64,000 nucleotides of DNA from a virus (IMGVR_UViG_3300030390_001111:8802-72801), one strand, 5' to 3'. Positions 37,704 through 46,508 are shown, counted from the stretch's first letter. Made by a program: numbers and translations. Notes: generated from the sequence alone by a model not told the origin.

Positions 37704-38240
37704 CTATTTGATTATATGATCTTGTGTATATTGATCCCAGTCTGTAAACACACTACGATCCATTAGTTTATGAAGACTGTGAACCCACACACCTTCATTG
37801 GTAGCATCAAAATCAACATCGTCAATTTTAATACATGCATTATATCCCAACTGATCAACATAAGGAATTCTTACGCTTATCATTGGAATAAATCTGCGAT
37901 ACTCAGTGTAGCCACATTCAAGGACATAATCTGTGTATTTGTTTTCAAAGTCTAGTGTAACCCAAAGATCTGCTTTAAGCAAACCCATTACTAAGGTATC
38001 CCATGCTTTGTTTTCTTCGTCAGTTCCATGTGGTAACTGAACGCCAAACGACATATTTGCACCCAAGTAAATATGTTTACATCCATGTTCGTTTGCATAT
38101 TCTATGATTTCTGCAACTGATGTTTCTGTTCCCACCACAAAGAGTGTCTTCATACCATGTGCTGGTGTGCGTTCTATTTCTTTGCCTACAAACAATGTGA
38201 TGTCAGTTACACCGCTTGCTTCATCATAGTTTCTTTTCAT
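37704..38240 (-). CDS. hypothetical protein in the deazaguanine cluster
   Basis: 178-aa ORF between dpdA-like and queD-like genes; HIYLGAN and KIDD.DF..TN.GVW motifs. Confidence 0.7.
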   Translation of the reverse strand: MKRNYDEASGVTDITLFVGKEIERTPAHGMKTLFVVGTETSVAEIIEYANEHGCKHIYLGANMSFGVQLPHGTDEENKAWDTLVMGLLKADLWVTLDFENKYTDYVLECGYTEYRRFIPMISVRIPYVDQLGYNACIKIDDVDFDATNEGVWVHSLHKLMDRSVFTDWDQYTQDHIIK

Positions 38241-38440
38241 TACTGTTTTCTTTCTGCAATGTTTGTTTCAAGTTTAACAATCTCTTCTTTTAATGAAAGT
38301 TTTTCTTTTTTCATTTTATGAAGTTCAATGTCGTTAATATGATTACTATACGCTGTTTTTATGTCATTGTCAAGTGTTTTATGCTTTAATATCAATGAAT
38401 CTTTTCTGCGTGTTAAACTGTTTATTGTTCCTGTTCCCAT
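38240..38440 (-). CDS. YdcH/DUF465-like coiled-coil protein
   Basis: L..KH..LD..I...MKKEKL.LKEEI pattern. Confidence 0.65.
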   Translation of the reverse strand: MGTGTINSLTRRKDSLILKHKTLDNDIKTAYSNHINDIELHKMKKEKLSLKEEIVKLETNIAERKQ

Positions 38441-38456
38441 TTTAACTTTCTCCTTA

Positions 38457-39956
38457 TTAGTTCAAACCTTCTAAGAATTTTTCTGCATCTTCGGCATCAT
38501 TTTCTGTAAAGTCTGCATCTCCTTGGTCACCCCAACTTGCGTCAAACAAGTTATCAAATGCACTTGCACTAGTTTTAATACTTTTTTGACCACTAAAGTC
38601 AGCAAGCATTGGTTGTGCTTCTTCTAACATTTGCATTGGAGTTTCACTTTTAAATAGTTCATTGATAAAGTTTACTATATAAATTGTGTTACGTGGAATC
38701 CATGTATCAAACTCATCAATCTTCTTACCAGCTCTAACTTTTTGCCAATGTTTATGACTAGTATTATATCTGGTTGTAGCAACATCTGTTAATGCATTTG
38801 CATTTTGAATACTGTCAATATGCATATAAACATTGTGTGCCATCATTAAGAAGTAACTAAAGCTATCCCAACTTGTTTTACCTTCTTTGCCAACTTTGTT
38901 TAACATACCTGGCTTATACCAACATATATCTCCCATTGTAAGTCTGTCTGCAATAGGTCCGTTGAACGGAAACTTCATGTCATAGTTTCCTGCAAAACAT
39001 TTGTCGTCAATAGCACCTTCCATTACATAACCAAATTTGTCACTACGCATATTATTGCTAGTATACATTTGACCTTTAGCTGTAGTAATAAAAGGACTGG
39101 CCGCATCAAAAGTAACCATCATGTTCTCATTTACATGCTCACGTAAATTACGTTGAATAGCTGTAAATACACAACTCCAATCAAGTTTTGCTGTTCCAAG
39201 ATAGTGAATTAAATCTTTACCTGGGTCCAACATCTTTTCATCACGCATAACAATAAGTCTACGTAATATTAGATGCAACTGTTTCATGTTGTAACCAGCC
39301 ATTGCCCAACCCTCAAATGGATAGTGCTTGACTGCTTCATACCAAATGTCAGCGGTGTGTTCATCATTACCTTGTAACACATTCATAAACTTAGTCTTAC
39401 CTTGTCTGTTACGAACAAAGTAATCGTTGTTAAACATTGTGTAGTCTAAACAATCACCAAAGCTCTTTAGTCCAGTTTTTTCACTAAGTGGTGGAATTGC
39501 TGCCAGTGTTGGAATATCTAACACCATACTATAATCTGCTGTGTGTTCTAGCCAATTAAGAATAGTGCTACGCAACTTGTCCTCAGTTTTAAAGTTAGCC
39601 CAATCCATTTGAATTACGCCTTTAGCAATCTGGAAACCTCCACTATCGCCTAAGATAAAACTTTTGTTTCTGTCACGTTTTTGTATCATGCATTCTTGGA
39701 TATCGCTTTTAGCTGTATCAAGAGTAGCATGACCGGCTGAGTATAAACCCCATTTGTAATTGTAGTAAGTGTCTATATCTTTTAAAAAGTCACAACCATC
39801 AATCCCATGCTCGAAGCCGTTAGGCATACGTTCATTACTTAGGTAGTTAGGATCTCGTCTTTGATTGCTAATTAGTTTGCTATAGAAACTGCTGATGCTA
39901 GGCAGGAATACTGCATAGTCTTTGTTTTTTGTTGTGAGGTCTACACTTGGAATCAT
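38457..39956 (-). CDS. dpdA: tRNA/DNA-guanine transglycosylase family protein (DpdA-like)
   Basis: TGT-fold motifs GDSGGFQ, LDIP, NVLQG, IHYLG, TFDAAS, HN; no CxCxxC Zn motif; clustered with folE and queD. Confidence 0.75.
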   Translation of the reverse strand: MIPSVDLTTKNKDYAVFLPSISSFYSKLISNQRRDPNYLSNERMPNGFEHGIDGCDFLKDIDTYYNYKWGLYSAGHATLDTAKSDIQECMIQKRDRNKSFILGDSGGFQIAKGVIQMDWANFKTEDKLRSTILNWLEHTADYSMVLDIPTLAAIPPLSEKTGLKSFGDCLDYTMFNNDYFVRNRQGKTKFMNVLQGNDEHTADIWYEAVKHYPFEGWAMAGYNMKQLHLILRRLIVMRDEKMLDPGKDLIHYLGTAKLDWSCVFTAIQRNLREHVNENMMVTFDAASPFITTAKGQMYTSNNMRSDKFGYVMEGAIDDKCFAGNYDMKFPFNGPIADRLTMGDICWYKPGMLNKVGKEGKTSWDSFSYFLMMAHNVYMHIDSIQNANALTDVATTRYNTSHKHWQKVRAGKKIDEFDTWIPRNTIYIVNFINELFKSETPMQMLEEAQPMLADFSGQKSIKTSASAFDNLFDASWGDQGDADFTENDAEDAEKFLEGLN

Positions 39957-39960
39957 AAAC

Positions 39961-40710
39961 TTACACCGTTAATGCTGGAAGAATATAATCGTATTTGCCA
40001 ATGCCTGAGTCTACACTAATTTGTAGGGCACCACGTGAACTAATTTCCATTACGCATGTTCCTGACATACCTAATTTTAAAATAGCTAATACTTGTGCTA
40101 ATGGCCAAGCATAACCTTCATTTAGTTCTCCGCTAATATTTTTAGCAAATGTTCGCTTACCTGTAAATGATCCGTCTGGAGCACCTACTGTAACAATTAA
40201 GTCACCTTCTTCAGTTTTAACAGTGAAGTTTGGTTCAATGCCTCCGTAAATGCCTGCAATAGCATTTAGTTCAGCAACTTTATTTTTAGTTGGTTCAAAA
40301 GTAACATCCCAATCAGCACCTTTAAACTTAACAGTTTGTAGTGTTTGTTCAATGATTTCTTTTGACATAAACCTATACTGGTCTGTGTTACCATCTGCAT
40401 CTTTAAACATTAGATGATCTGGCATTTGAACTCCATTACGTTCTCGAGAAACAACTTCAACTGAAGCTGTGTCTTCTTGATAGTTTGATAATGCTGTAAC
40501 ACCTGCTAGGAAACCTAAGTTACCTAACCCAAACTCACCTTTGAAGTCTGGTACTGCATTATGCAATGTTGCATGTAAAATAACTGTGCGATCGGCATCC
40601 ATTGCGTCTAGCTCTGTTGCTTCATCTGTGCCTGTTACTTTAACATTAGTAATAAAACCAAGACCGGCTGTATGTTTTACAATGTCTTGAACTACGTCAC
40701 GTGTGCTCAT
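39961..40710 (-). CDS. putative DNA polymerase sliding clamp (gp45/PCNA-like)
   Basis: About 250 aa with two-domain beta-alpha pattern, AMDADRTVIL, FGLGNL, terminal YILPA. Confidence 0.55.
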   Translation of the reverse strand: MSTRDVVQDIVKHTAGLGFITNVKVTGTDEATELDAMDADRTVILHATLHNAVPDFKGEFGLGNLGFLAGVTALSNYQEDTASVEVVSRERNGVQMPDHLMFKDADGNTDQYRFMSKEIIEQTLQTVKFKGADWDVTFEPTKNKVAELNAIAGIYGGIEPNFTVKTEEGDLIVTVGAPDGSFTGKRTFAKNISGELNEGYAWPLAQVLAILKLGMSGTCVMEISSRGALQISVDSGIGKYDYILPALTV

Positions 40711-40745
40711 GTTTTCTCCTATTGAATTATGTTTTAACTACTAGT

Positions 40746-40774
40746 AGTATATAATAGTATTTAGAAAATGTCAA
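40746..40774 (-). promoter_or_regulatory. sigma70-type promoter heading the clamp-dpdA run
   Basis: TTGACA-17bp-TATACT. Confidence 0.75.
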
Positions 40775-40831
40775 GTAAAAAGGCTCTTAATGGCTTTAAA
40801 ATTGATATTCTTATACACATACTATTAAACT

Positions 40832-40860
40832 ATTATACTACAATTAAGGGTTAGTGTCAA
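40832..40860 (-). promoter_or_regulatory. second tandem consensus sigma70 promoter
   Basis: TTGACA-17bp-TATAAT. Confidence 0.75.
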
Positions 40861-40871
40861 CCTTAGTGATC

Positions 40872-40948
40872 TGGCCCGCTCTACAGGATTCGAACCTGTG
40901 ACCTACTGCTTAGAAGGCAGTTGCTCTATCCAGCTGAGCTAAGAGCGG
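40872..40948 (-). tRNA. tRNA-Arg(TCT)
   Basis: Full cloverleaf: acceptor CCGCTCT/AGAGCGG, anticodon loop CT-TCT-AA, TTCGAAT loop, encoded CCA. Confidence 0.95.
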
Positions 40949-41083
40949 ACTATACACCACTGTCAAAAATTACTACTACAACAAATAGTATAAAACAAAT
41001 AATTATTGATACACGTTTACTGTAAAGTAAAAATGAAGTGTAAGTTTTCTTTGCTTCTATTTCTGCTTCTTCTCTTGGTGTCA

Positions 41084-41503
41084 TTAGAGATCAGCCAACA
41101 ATGCCTTTAGTTTCTTCTTTGACTTGCCTTTTACTTTGGCTTTTGAGATATCATTGTCTCCGTCACCTACAACTACAATAGCAATCATGCCCATGCTTTT
41201 GTGTGGTGAACACTGATACAAGTATACGCCAGGTGTATCAAATGTAATAGCAACTTCTTTGTTGTTTTTTGATTTCTTTGGAGCATCCCATCCATCTGGG
41301 CCTGCAATGAATTCTACATTGTGACCTTTTGATGTTGGTACCCATGTAATTGTATCACCTGCATCAATACGAGCAATATCTTGACTGTAAACCATTTTGG
41401 CTCCGTCATCACGTTTGTTAAGCATTTCAATTGTTATGTCCTCTGCAAATGCAGGAACAGATAATATAGCCATAGCGGCTACTGTAGATAATAAACTTCT
41501 CAT
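41084..41503 (-). CDS. pseudoazurin (periplasmic blue copper protein)
   Basis: Signal peptide, IEMLNK...GAKMVY, GHNV, CSPHKSMGM copper ligands. Confidence 0.9.
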   Translation of the reverse strand: MRSLLSTVAAMAILSVPAFAEDITIEMLNKRDDGAKMVYSQDIARIDAGDTITWVPTSKGHNVEFIAGPDGWDAPKKSKNNKEVAITFDTPGVYLYQCSPHKSMGMIAIVVVGDGDNDISKAKVKGKSKKKLKALLADL

Positions 41504-41522
41504 TTTAATTTCCTTTTAATTT

Positions 41523-41599
41523 TGGCGTGCCTGAAGAGATTTGAACTCCTGGCCTTAGGTTCCGCAAACCTACGCTCTATCCAACTGAGCTACAGGCAC
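41523..41599 (-). tRNA. tRNA-Arg(GCG)
   Basis: Acceptor GTGCCTG/CAGGCAC, anticodon stem TAGGT/ACCTA with loop TT-GCG-GA, TTCAAAT loop, encoded CCA. Confidence 0.92.
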
Positions 41600-41605
41600 A
41601 CATCA

Positions 41606-41740
41606 TTAACCAAAGTGTTTCGTAACACTGTCTGGTAATTTTGATTTGATAGGGTTCCAGATAGCCATTTCTGCCTTGCCTAAAAACTTAGGTCTTGGCA
41701 CTAACCAGCCAACTAGAATACCTAGTAAAAAATATCCCAT
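41606..41740 (-). CDS. small membrane protein (not in ORF track)
   Basis: MGYFLLGILVGWLVPRPKF... 44 aa, GGAG SD, TAATG overlap. Confidence 0.5.
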   Translation of the reverse strand: MGYFLLGILVGWLVPRPKFLGKAEMAIWNPIKSKLPDSVTKHFG

Positions 41741-42147
41741 TATAAGATCTCCTTTTGTTTCTTCTTTTCTAAACTTAGTTTTTCTTTAGCACTCATAACA
41801 TAGGCTGCTCCTGCTAATAAAACGATAGCACCTGCTTCTGCTATTAATACCCAAGGGTCAGCATCTTTACTGTGTAATATAATCAATCTACACAATGCCG
41901 TCATTGCAATAATAATTGGTAGTGTTACTGGTATTCTATTGCTGATATAGTAAGCACCGACCATTCCTACAATTTCTGTATAAATGAATAACAAAAACAA
42001 ATCTGCTAATTCAATATTTTGTATTAACCACATACCCCATACTTCGTTGGCAGCTGCTAAAACAGTTAATGCACCTATTCCACCAAGCATTAGTTTTTCT
42101 GTAACTGTTGTAGTCCAATGCAGTCTTGCGTTTAACTTATCTTTCAT
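41740..42147 (-). CDS. psiE: phosphate-starvation-inducible PsiE family membrane protein
   Basis: LADLFLLFIYTEIVGM...IPVTLPIIIAMTALCRLII. Confidence 0.82.
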   Translation of the reverse strand: MKDKLNARLHWTTTVTEKLMLGGIGALTVLAAANEVWGMWLIQNIELADLFLLFIYTEIVGMVGAYYISNRIPVTLPIIIAMTALCRLIILHSKDADPWVLIAEAGAIVLLAGAAYVMSAKEKLSLEKKKQKEIL

Positions 42148-42554
42148 TATGTTCTATTACCTCTTAGTGCAAAAAATAATCCACCTACCCATAATAGCAC
42201 ATGGAAGTTGTCATATAAAATTACATCCATAAAACTATCAGGTTGACCGACCCATATAACACCTGTCACAATACTACAAATTGTAATACCACTAAAACGT
42301 GTAATTATATCTTGTAACTCTGCTAGTTTGTTAATAAACACTGCACCACCTATAAGTAGTCCAATGCCTGCACCTATTTCGCCCCAAGCTGCAAACCACC
42401 ATACAATGTAAGGCAATTCAAAACTTTCAGCATCTTCTACTGTAATTGGTAATTTACTTAATCCTTGTTGTAAAAATACAATTGCAAGTGGTATTCTTAA
42501 AAGCCAATGGCTCATGCAAAATTCTGGAATTCTGCTTGCAATAGTTTTAATCAT
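42147..42554 (-). CDS. DoxX family membrane protein
   Basis: LLRIPLAIVFLQQGLSK...GEIGAGIGLLIG. Confidence 0.8.
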   Translation of the reverse strand: MIKTIASRIPEFCMSHWLLRIPLAIVFLQQGLSKLPITVEDAESFELPYIVWWFAAWGEIGAGIGLLIGGAVFINKLAELQDIITRFSGITICSIVTGVIWVGQPDSFMDVILYDNFHVLLWVGGLFFALRGNRT

Positions 42555-42949
42555 AATCGGTGTATCCTTTTTCTTATAGTCTCGATTAAATTTCCTAATC
42601 CATTTCTACGTTGTTGTGTAAGAAGCTGTGCAATATTTAAACCTTGAAAGTCATCATGTGTAAGTTGCTTTGCTTCTGCAACTGGAATATCTGAGAAACA
42701 ATCTGCAACAATACTAGTAATACCTTTTGTTATCATTGCATCGCTGTCATAGTATACTTTTACGTTATCTTCTACAACACCAACATCTATCCATATCTGT
42801 GACATACATCCATCTACTAATCTATCTTTTGTTCGTAGCTCTGCTGGTAGACTGGTTTCTTTTCTTGCTAGTTCAATTAGGTAGGTTAGCCTTTCATGGC
42901 CATCATCCATTAAACCTAAATTGTCTGCCCATTCGGCTATAGTTGCCAT
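42551..42949 (-). CDS. sufE: SufE-family sulfur acceptor
   Basis: LVDGCMSQIW, DSDAMITKG, LTQQRRNG. Confidence 0.88.
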   Translation of the reverse strand: MATIAEWADNLGLMDDGHERLTYLIELARKETSLPAELRTKDRLVDGCMSQIWIDVGVVEDNVKVYYDSDAMITKGITSIVADCFSDIPVAEAKQLTHDDFQGLNIAQLLTQQRRNGLGNLIETIRKRIHRL

Positions 42950-42962
42950 GTTGTTATACCTT

Positions 42963-43079
42963 TTATTCGGTCTGATTGTTTTCGTGGAAGCTAGGGCATC
43001 CATCGTCTGTGCAATTATTTTCTATGTGGTTAGCATTGTATAGAAACAACGCTGTAATCATTACTATTATATATTCCAT
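42963..43079 (-). CDS. small peptide, probably leaderless (not in ORF track)
   Basis: MEYIIVMITALFLYNANHIENNCTDDGCPSFHENNQTE; ATG 6 nt below the -10 of TTGACA-17-TATTAT. Confidence 0.45.
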   Translation of the reverse strand: MEYIIVMITALFLYNANHIENNCTDDGCPSFHENNQTE

Positions 43080-43110
43080 TGTTATATAATAGGCTAAAAT
43101 TGACTGTTTG

Positions 43111-43758
43111 TCAAGTAATAATTTTAAAATCTCTACACATAAAACTTGGTCGGTAGAAATCTATTGTAGGAACTGCATGCCATGTTTCAGGACTTGCAGT
43201 AAAGGCCCATGCCTGATTTGGAGTGTATGGCACTTGATATTGTGCCATGGTTGGATTAGATAAATTACGCACATCAATGTCTTCATCATCTTCTGGGCAA
43301 ATACTAGTTACCATTGCTCCACTGTGTGCTTTATCATTGTTCTTTGCCATATAAACTTGAAAGGTAGTAATCTCTTTTCCTGGATAGGAATCAAAATCAT
43401 TGTGCCATGGCTGATCAAATCCTGGATAATCTAAATGCCACATCCAACTATGACGTTTAAATTCTACACCTGTTGCTTCATGTATTTTAGCATCAAGTTC
43501 TCTGGTCCATAGCCAATCATAAAACTCACGTAAGAATCCTGTAGACTTTTCACGTGCTTCTTCGTCTATCATTACTACAGTAGCTTGTGGATAAGATGAA
43601 TCACTGCCATCTCCATTGCATACTGTCCAATCTTTTACTGCTTCAGAATATAATATATTTGTAAGATTCTCATATACTTCTGAAGTAAAAAAGCCACCTT
43701 GTGATGTTATATACTTCCATGGCTCTTTGTGTATTGTATATTCACAATCATTAATCAA
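43111..43758 (-). CDS. putative 2OG-Fe(II) oxygenase
   Basis: WHND, TFQVYM, TWHAVP, RPS. Confidence 0.6.
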   Translation of the reverse strand: MINDCEYTIHKEPWKYITSQGGFFTSEVYENLTNILYSEAVKDWTVCNGDGSDSSYPQATVVMIDEEAREKSTGFLREFYDWLWTRELDAKIHEATGVEFKRHSWMWHLDYPGFDQPWHNDFDSYPGKEITTFQVYMAKNNDKAHSGAMVTSICPEDDEDIDVRNLSNPTMAQYQVPYTPNQAWAFTASPETWHAVPTIDFYRPSFMCRDFKIIT

Positions 43759-43760
43759 TG

Positions 43761-44057
43761 TTATACTCCTAATATTAATCTAGTGTCTTCACTCATCTTA
43801 TCTGGTCCAAACGGAGGATCAAATACTACTTTTACATCACATGTTTTCATTTCTTCAACATCAGTTACTGCTTCAGTAACATCTTCTACTATTTCATCTG
43901 CCATTGGGCAAAATGCACTAGTGAGTGTCATTACAATGTCACAATGTGCTTCATTAATATTTATTTCATAAATTAGACCCAGGTCCCATACATTTATTGA
44001 GATTTCTGGATCGTATACTTCTTTTAGATTCTCAATAATCTTTTCTTTGATGTCCAT
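43761..44057 (-). CDS. SufT/PaaD-like (DUF59) Fe-S assembly protein
   Basis: VYDPEISINVWDLGLIY, MTLTSAFCP, FDPPF. Confidence 0.9.
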   Translation of the reverse strand: MDIKEKIIENLKEVYDPEISINVWDLGLIYEININEAHCDIVMTLTSAFCPMADEIVEDVTEAVTDVEEMKTCDVKVVFDPPFGPDKMSEDTRLILGV

Positions 44058-44072
44058 TAACATCCTTTCTTT

Positions 44073-44399
44073 TTAAAACACTCCAGGATCCTTGTGTGGA
44101 TTAGCCGAATGATTTAGAGTGTTGTTTACTTCTAACATTGATGACCCTGCGGCCTGCAATGCTTCTTCGCAACTTGATGGTAGCTTTTCTCCGTTGTATG
44201 TTTGATCAAACGAATTAAGAAATGCATCTTGTATATTTTGATCTACTTCTTGTTTCTCAAAAACTATTTGTATATTAGGTCGTAGCTTTTTAAACTCTGG
44301 AATATCTTCTTCACATACTTGCACAATTCCTCCTGCCATACTGCCTATAAACATAGCCTGTATAACATTTGATAGTGCATTAACAAATGCATCTATCAC
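44073..44399 (-). CDS. hypothetical protein
   Basis: 108-aa ORF with overlapping start. Confidence 0.55.
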   Translation of the reverse strand: MIDAFVNALSNVIQAMFIGSMAGGIVQVCEEDIPEFKKLRPNIQIVFEKQEVDQNIQDAFLNSFDQTYNGEKLPSSCEEALQAAGSSMLEVNNTLNHSANPHKDPGVF

Positions 44400-45487
44400 G
44401 TAAACTGCTCCGCAAATGGATCAAACTCTGTTCCACATTTCATACTGCAAACACCTAGCTTACCTTCTTCAATACTTTTCTTATTCCAACTGTGTTGTAT
44501 GTCTTGCATAATTCCTGTTTCAAATACACCTTCTACTCCATGTATCCTTGCATCAAGGGCCTCTTTACCACCAACTGCATCTATGAAGTCCCATATTTGT
44601 TCTACTTTTGGATCTTTGTGCCACCACTTATACATACGTCCGGCAGTCCAACAGCAAGGTAATACAAGTCCTTCTGCTGTAATAAAGATGTTAGGATCTT
44701 TACCTGCTACTTTACATTTAATATCACAGCTATCATAATACTTTTTCATACTGCCATATGTTTTCTTAATTTCTTCTGTCTTAGCTAATGCAAGGTTCTG
44801 GTGCTCTGCTTTCTTGGGCTTTGCTAAGTTTTGCATTGTAGCACCTTTACGATTAGTTGCTTGGTGTGTTTCTTTTGTTTCACTGTCAGAAGTAATAAAG
44901 CGTCCAGTTTTCTTTTTCATAAACTTCTCAACGCCCCATTCTTTGGCAAGTTTTTCTGCACGTTCTACATCACATTCACTGTGTTCAAATATCAAGTAAT
45001 CCCATCTAGCTCTGCCTCCGGCTTCAATGAAAGCTCGCATGTTACGTTCTACTTTATCCCATTGCACACCTTGTCTATACAAATGGTTTGTGTTCTCTAA
45101 TCCATCTACACTAAAGATAACTGCACCGTTCTTGCCAATAGTTTTAGCAAGTTCTTGCCACCATGTAACATCTCTTGCGCCTGCGTTAGTGTTCATGCTT
45201 AACCATATGTTGTCATTCATTGCACGGGTGTAATCAAATATTTCTAATGTATCTCTAGCACTAATTGGATCACCTAAGTTACCACACATGTATAATACTT
45301 TTAATTGCTGTAGAAAGTCTGGATCAAATATGTTAATACAATCATCTAAACTTAGTTCTTGTAAGTTGTTTTTGATATGCTGATTTACTGCTCCACCATT
45401 CTCATTACGATCACACATAGGACAACTAGCATTACAACGTTGTGTAACTTCTAAGTGAACTGTGTTTATATCTTTATAATTATACAT
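44396..45487 (-). CDS. radical SAM protein with C-terminal SPASM/twitch domain
   Basis: CNASCPMC, GNLGDP, TNAG, SVDG, LPCC...CSMKC. Confidence 0.9.
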   Translation of the reverse strand: MYNYKDINTVHLEVTQRCNASCPMCDRNENGGAVNQHIKNNLQELSLDDCINIFDPDFLQQLKVLYMCGNLGDPISARDTLEIFDYTRAMNDNIWLSMNTNAGARDVTWWQELAKTIGKNGAVIFSVDGLENTNHLYRQGVQWDKVERNMRAFIEAGGRARWDYLIFEHSECDVERAEKLAKEWGVEKFMKKKTGRFITSDSETKETHQATNRKGATMQNLAKPKKAEHQNLALAKTEEIKKTYGSMKKYYDSCDIKCKVAGKDPNIFITAEGLVLPCCWTAGRMYKWWHKDPKVEQIWDFIDAVGGKEALDARIHGVEGVFETGIMQDIQHSWNKKSIEEGKLGVCSMKCGTEFDPFAEQFT

Positions 45488-45488
45488 G

Positions 45489-46040
45489 TTAGTAATTATT
45501 CCAATTAGGTAAACCTTTAGGCCACGTAATGTTTGGATTTGGTATGTATTCAACATATTGATTTTCTGGTATAGTTCTAATTACTTTACCATAGTCATCA
45601 CCTGGAACACTTCCCCATTTCTTACATAACTGTAGCCACTGATACCAATCAAAATTAGTATGAGGGAATATACACTTTGCATACCACCCATCTTTGTTGA
45701 CTACATTTTCCCATGGTGCTTGCGTCCAATCAAATTGTCTAATTGCTTCTCTTATTTCTAAGACAGTAAGATTACAAAATGGACTGTATTCCACCTTGGG
45801 CAATTTAAATCCAAATTCTTCACAGCATACTTCATACTCAACTGTAGCTGGATTCATAAACGGATGCACTGCATATACAATAGGTCTACTAGAATCATAT
45901 CCTTGCATTTCATTGCATTGTTTTAAATAATGTTTAAGTATACTTTGATAATGAAAATCCCAATTTGGATAAACCTGAGTCCTACCCATTAAAAAGTTAT
46001 GAGTGCAATAATGCCCGTGTATGTATACGTTGTTATCCAT
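45489..46040 (-). CDS. hypothetical protein
   Basis: ATG 5 nt below a TAAATA box. Confidence 0.55.
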   Translation of the reverse strand: MDNNVYIHGHYCTHNFLMGRTQVYPNWDFHYQSILKHYLKQCNEMQGYDSSRPIVYAVHPFMNPATVEYEVCCEEFGFKLPKVEYSPFCNLTVLEIREAIRQFDWTQAPWENVVNKDGWYAKCIFPHTNFDWYQWLQLCKKWGSVPGDDYGKVIRTIPENQYVEYIPNPNITWPKGLPNWNNY

Positions 46041-46051
46041 GCTATTATTTA

Positions 46052-46273
46052 TTAGCCTAACCACATGTATACCAAACCAGGTATAATAATAAAAAACTGT
46101 GGTAAGAAATTTAGTATAAGAGCTTTTTCATTTTGTTTCCAGCCTACATATATCCAACCAGAGGCTCCTAGCATTTGTAGGAAACTATTGTAGGGTGTCC
46201 ATCCTTGCACGTGAAATATCATTGCTGTAAGTATTATAATGGCGCTGCCATATTTAATGTAACTAATCATCAA
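46052..46273 (-). CDS. small membrane protein, similar to ORF 22928
   Basis: GWIYVGWK..EKALILN. Confidence 0.6.
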   Translation of the reverse strand: MMISYIKYGSAIIILTAMIFHVQGWTPYNSFLQMLGASGWIYVGWKQNEKALILNFLPQFFIIIPGLVYMWLG

Positions 46274-46508
46274 GTATCAACTTTACATCTTTGCCGGGTC
46301 CTATCTCACTTGGAAAATCTCCGTGTTCATTTATATAATATTTTACTACTGCTTTATACCAAAGATTACTGTTGTGTCTTGCAACTGCATTAAACTTATG
46401 TATACTATCATTGTCAGCAGGCATAGTGCATATTGCTCTAGCGGCTTCTTTTTGTAATTGTCTGGGTGTAAAGCCGTCCATGATAGCATCCCATAGTTCA
46501 TCATCCAT
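46263..46508 (-). CDS. hypothetical protein
   Basis: Overlapping junctions. Confidence 0.55.
   Translation of the reverse strand: MDDELWDAIMDGFTPRQLQKEAARAICTMPADNDSIHKFNAVARHNSNLWYKAVVKYYINEHGDFPSEIGPGKDVKLILDD

Noticed and set aside
40872-41599. tRNA 3' ends as prophage or island att sites
   Set aside because: No duplicated tRNA 3' fragment and no integrase were found in the window.
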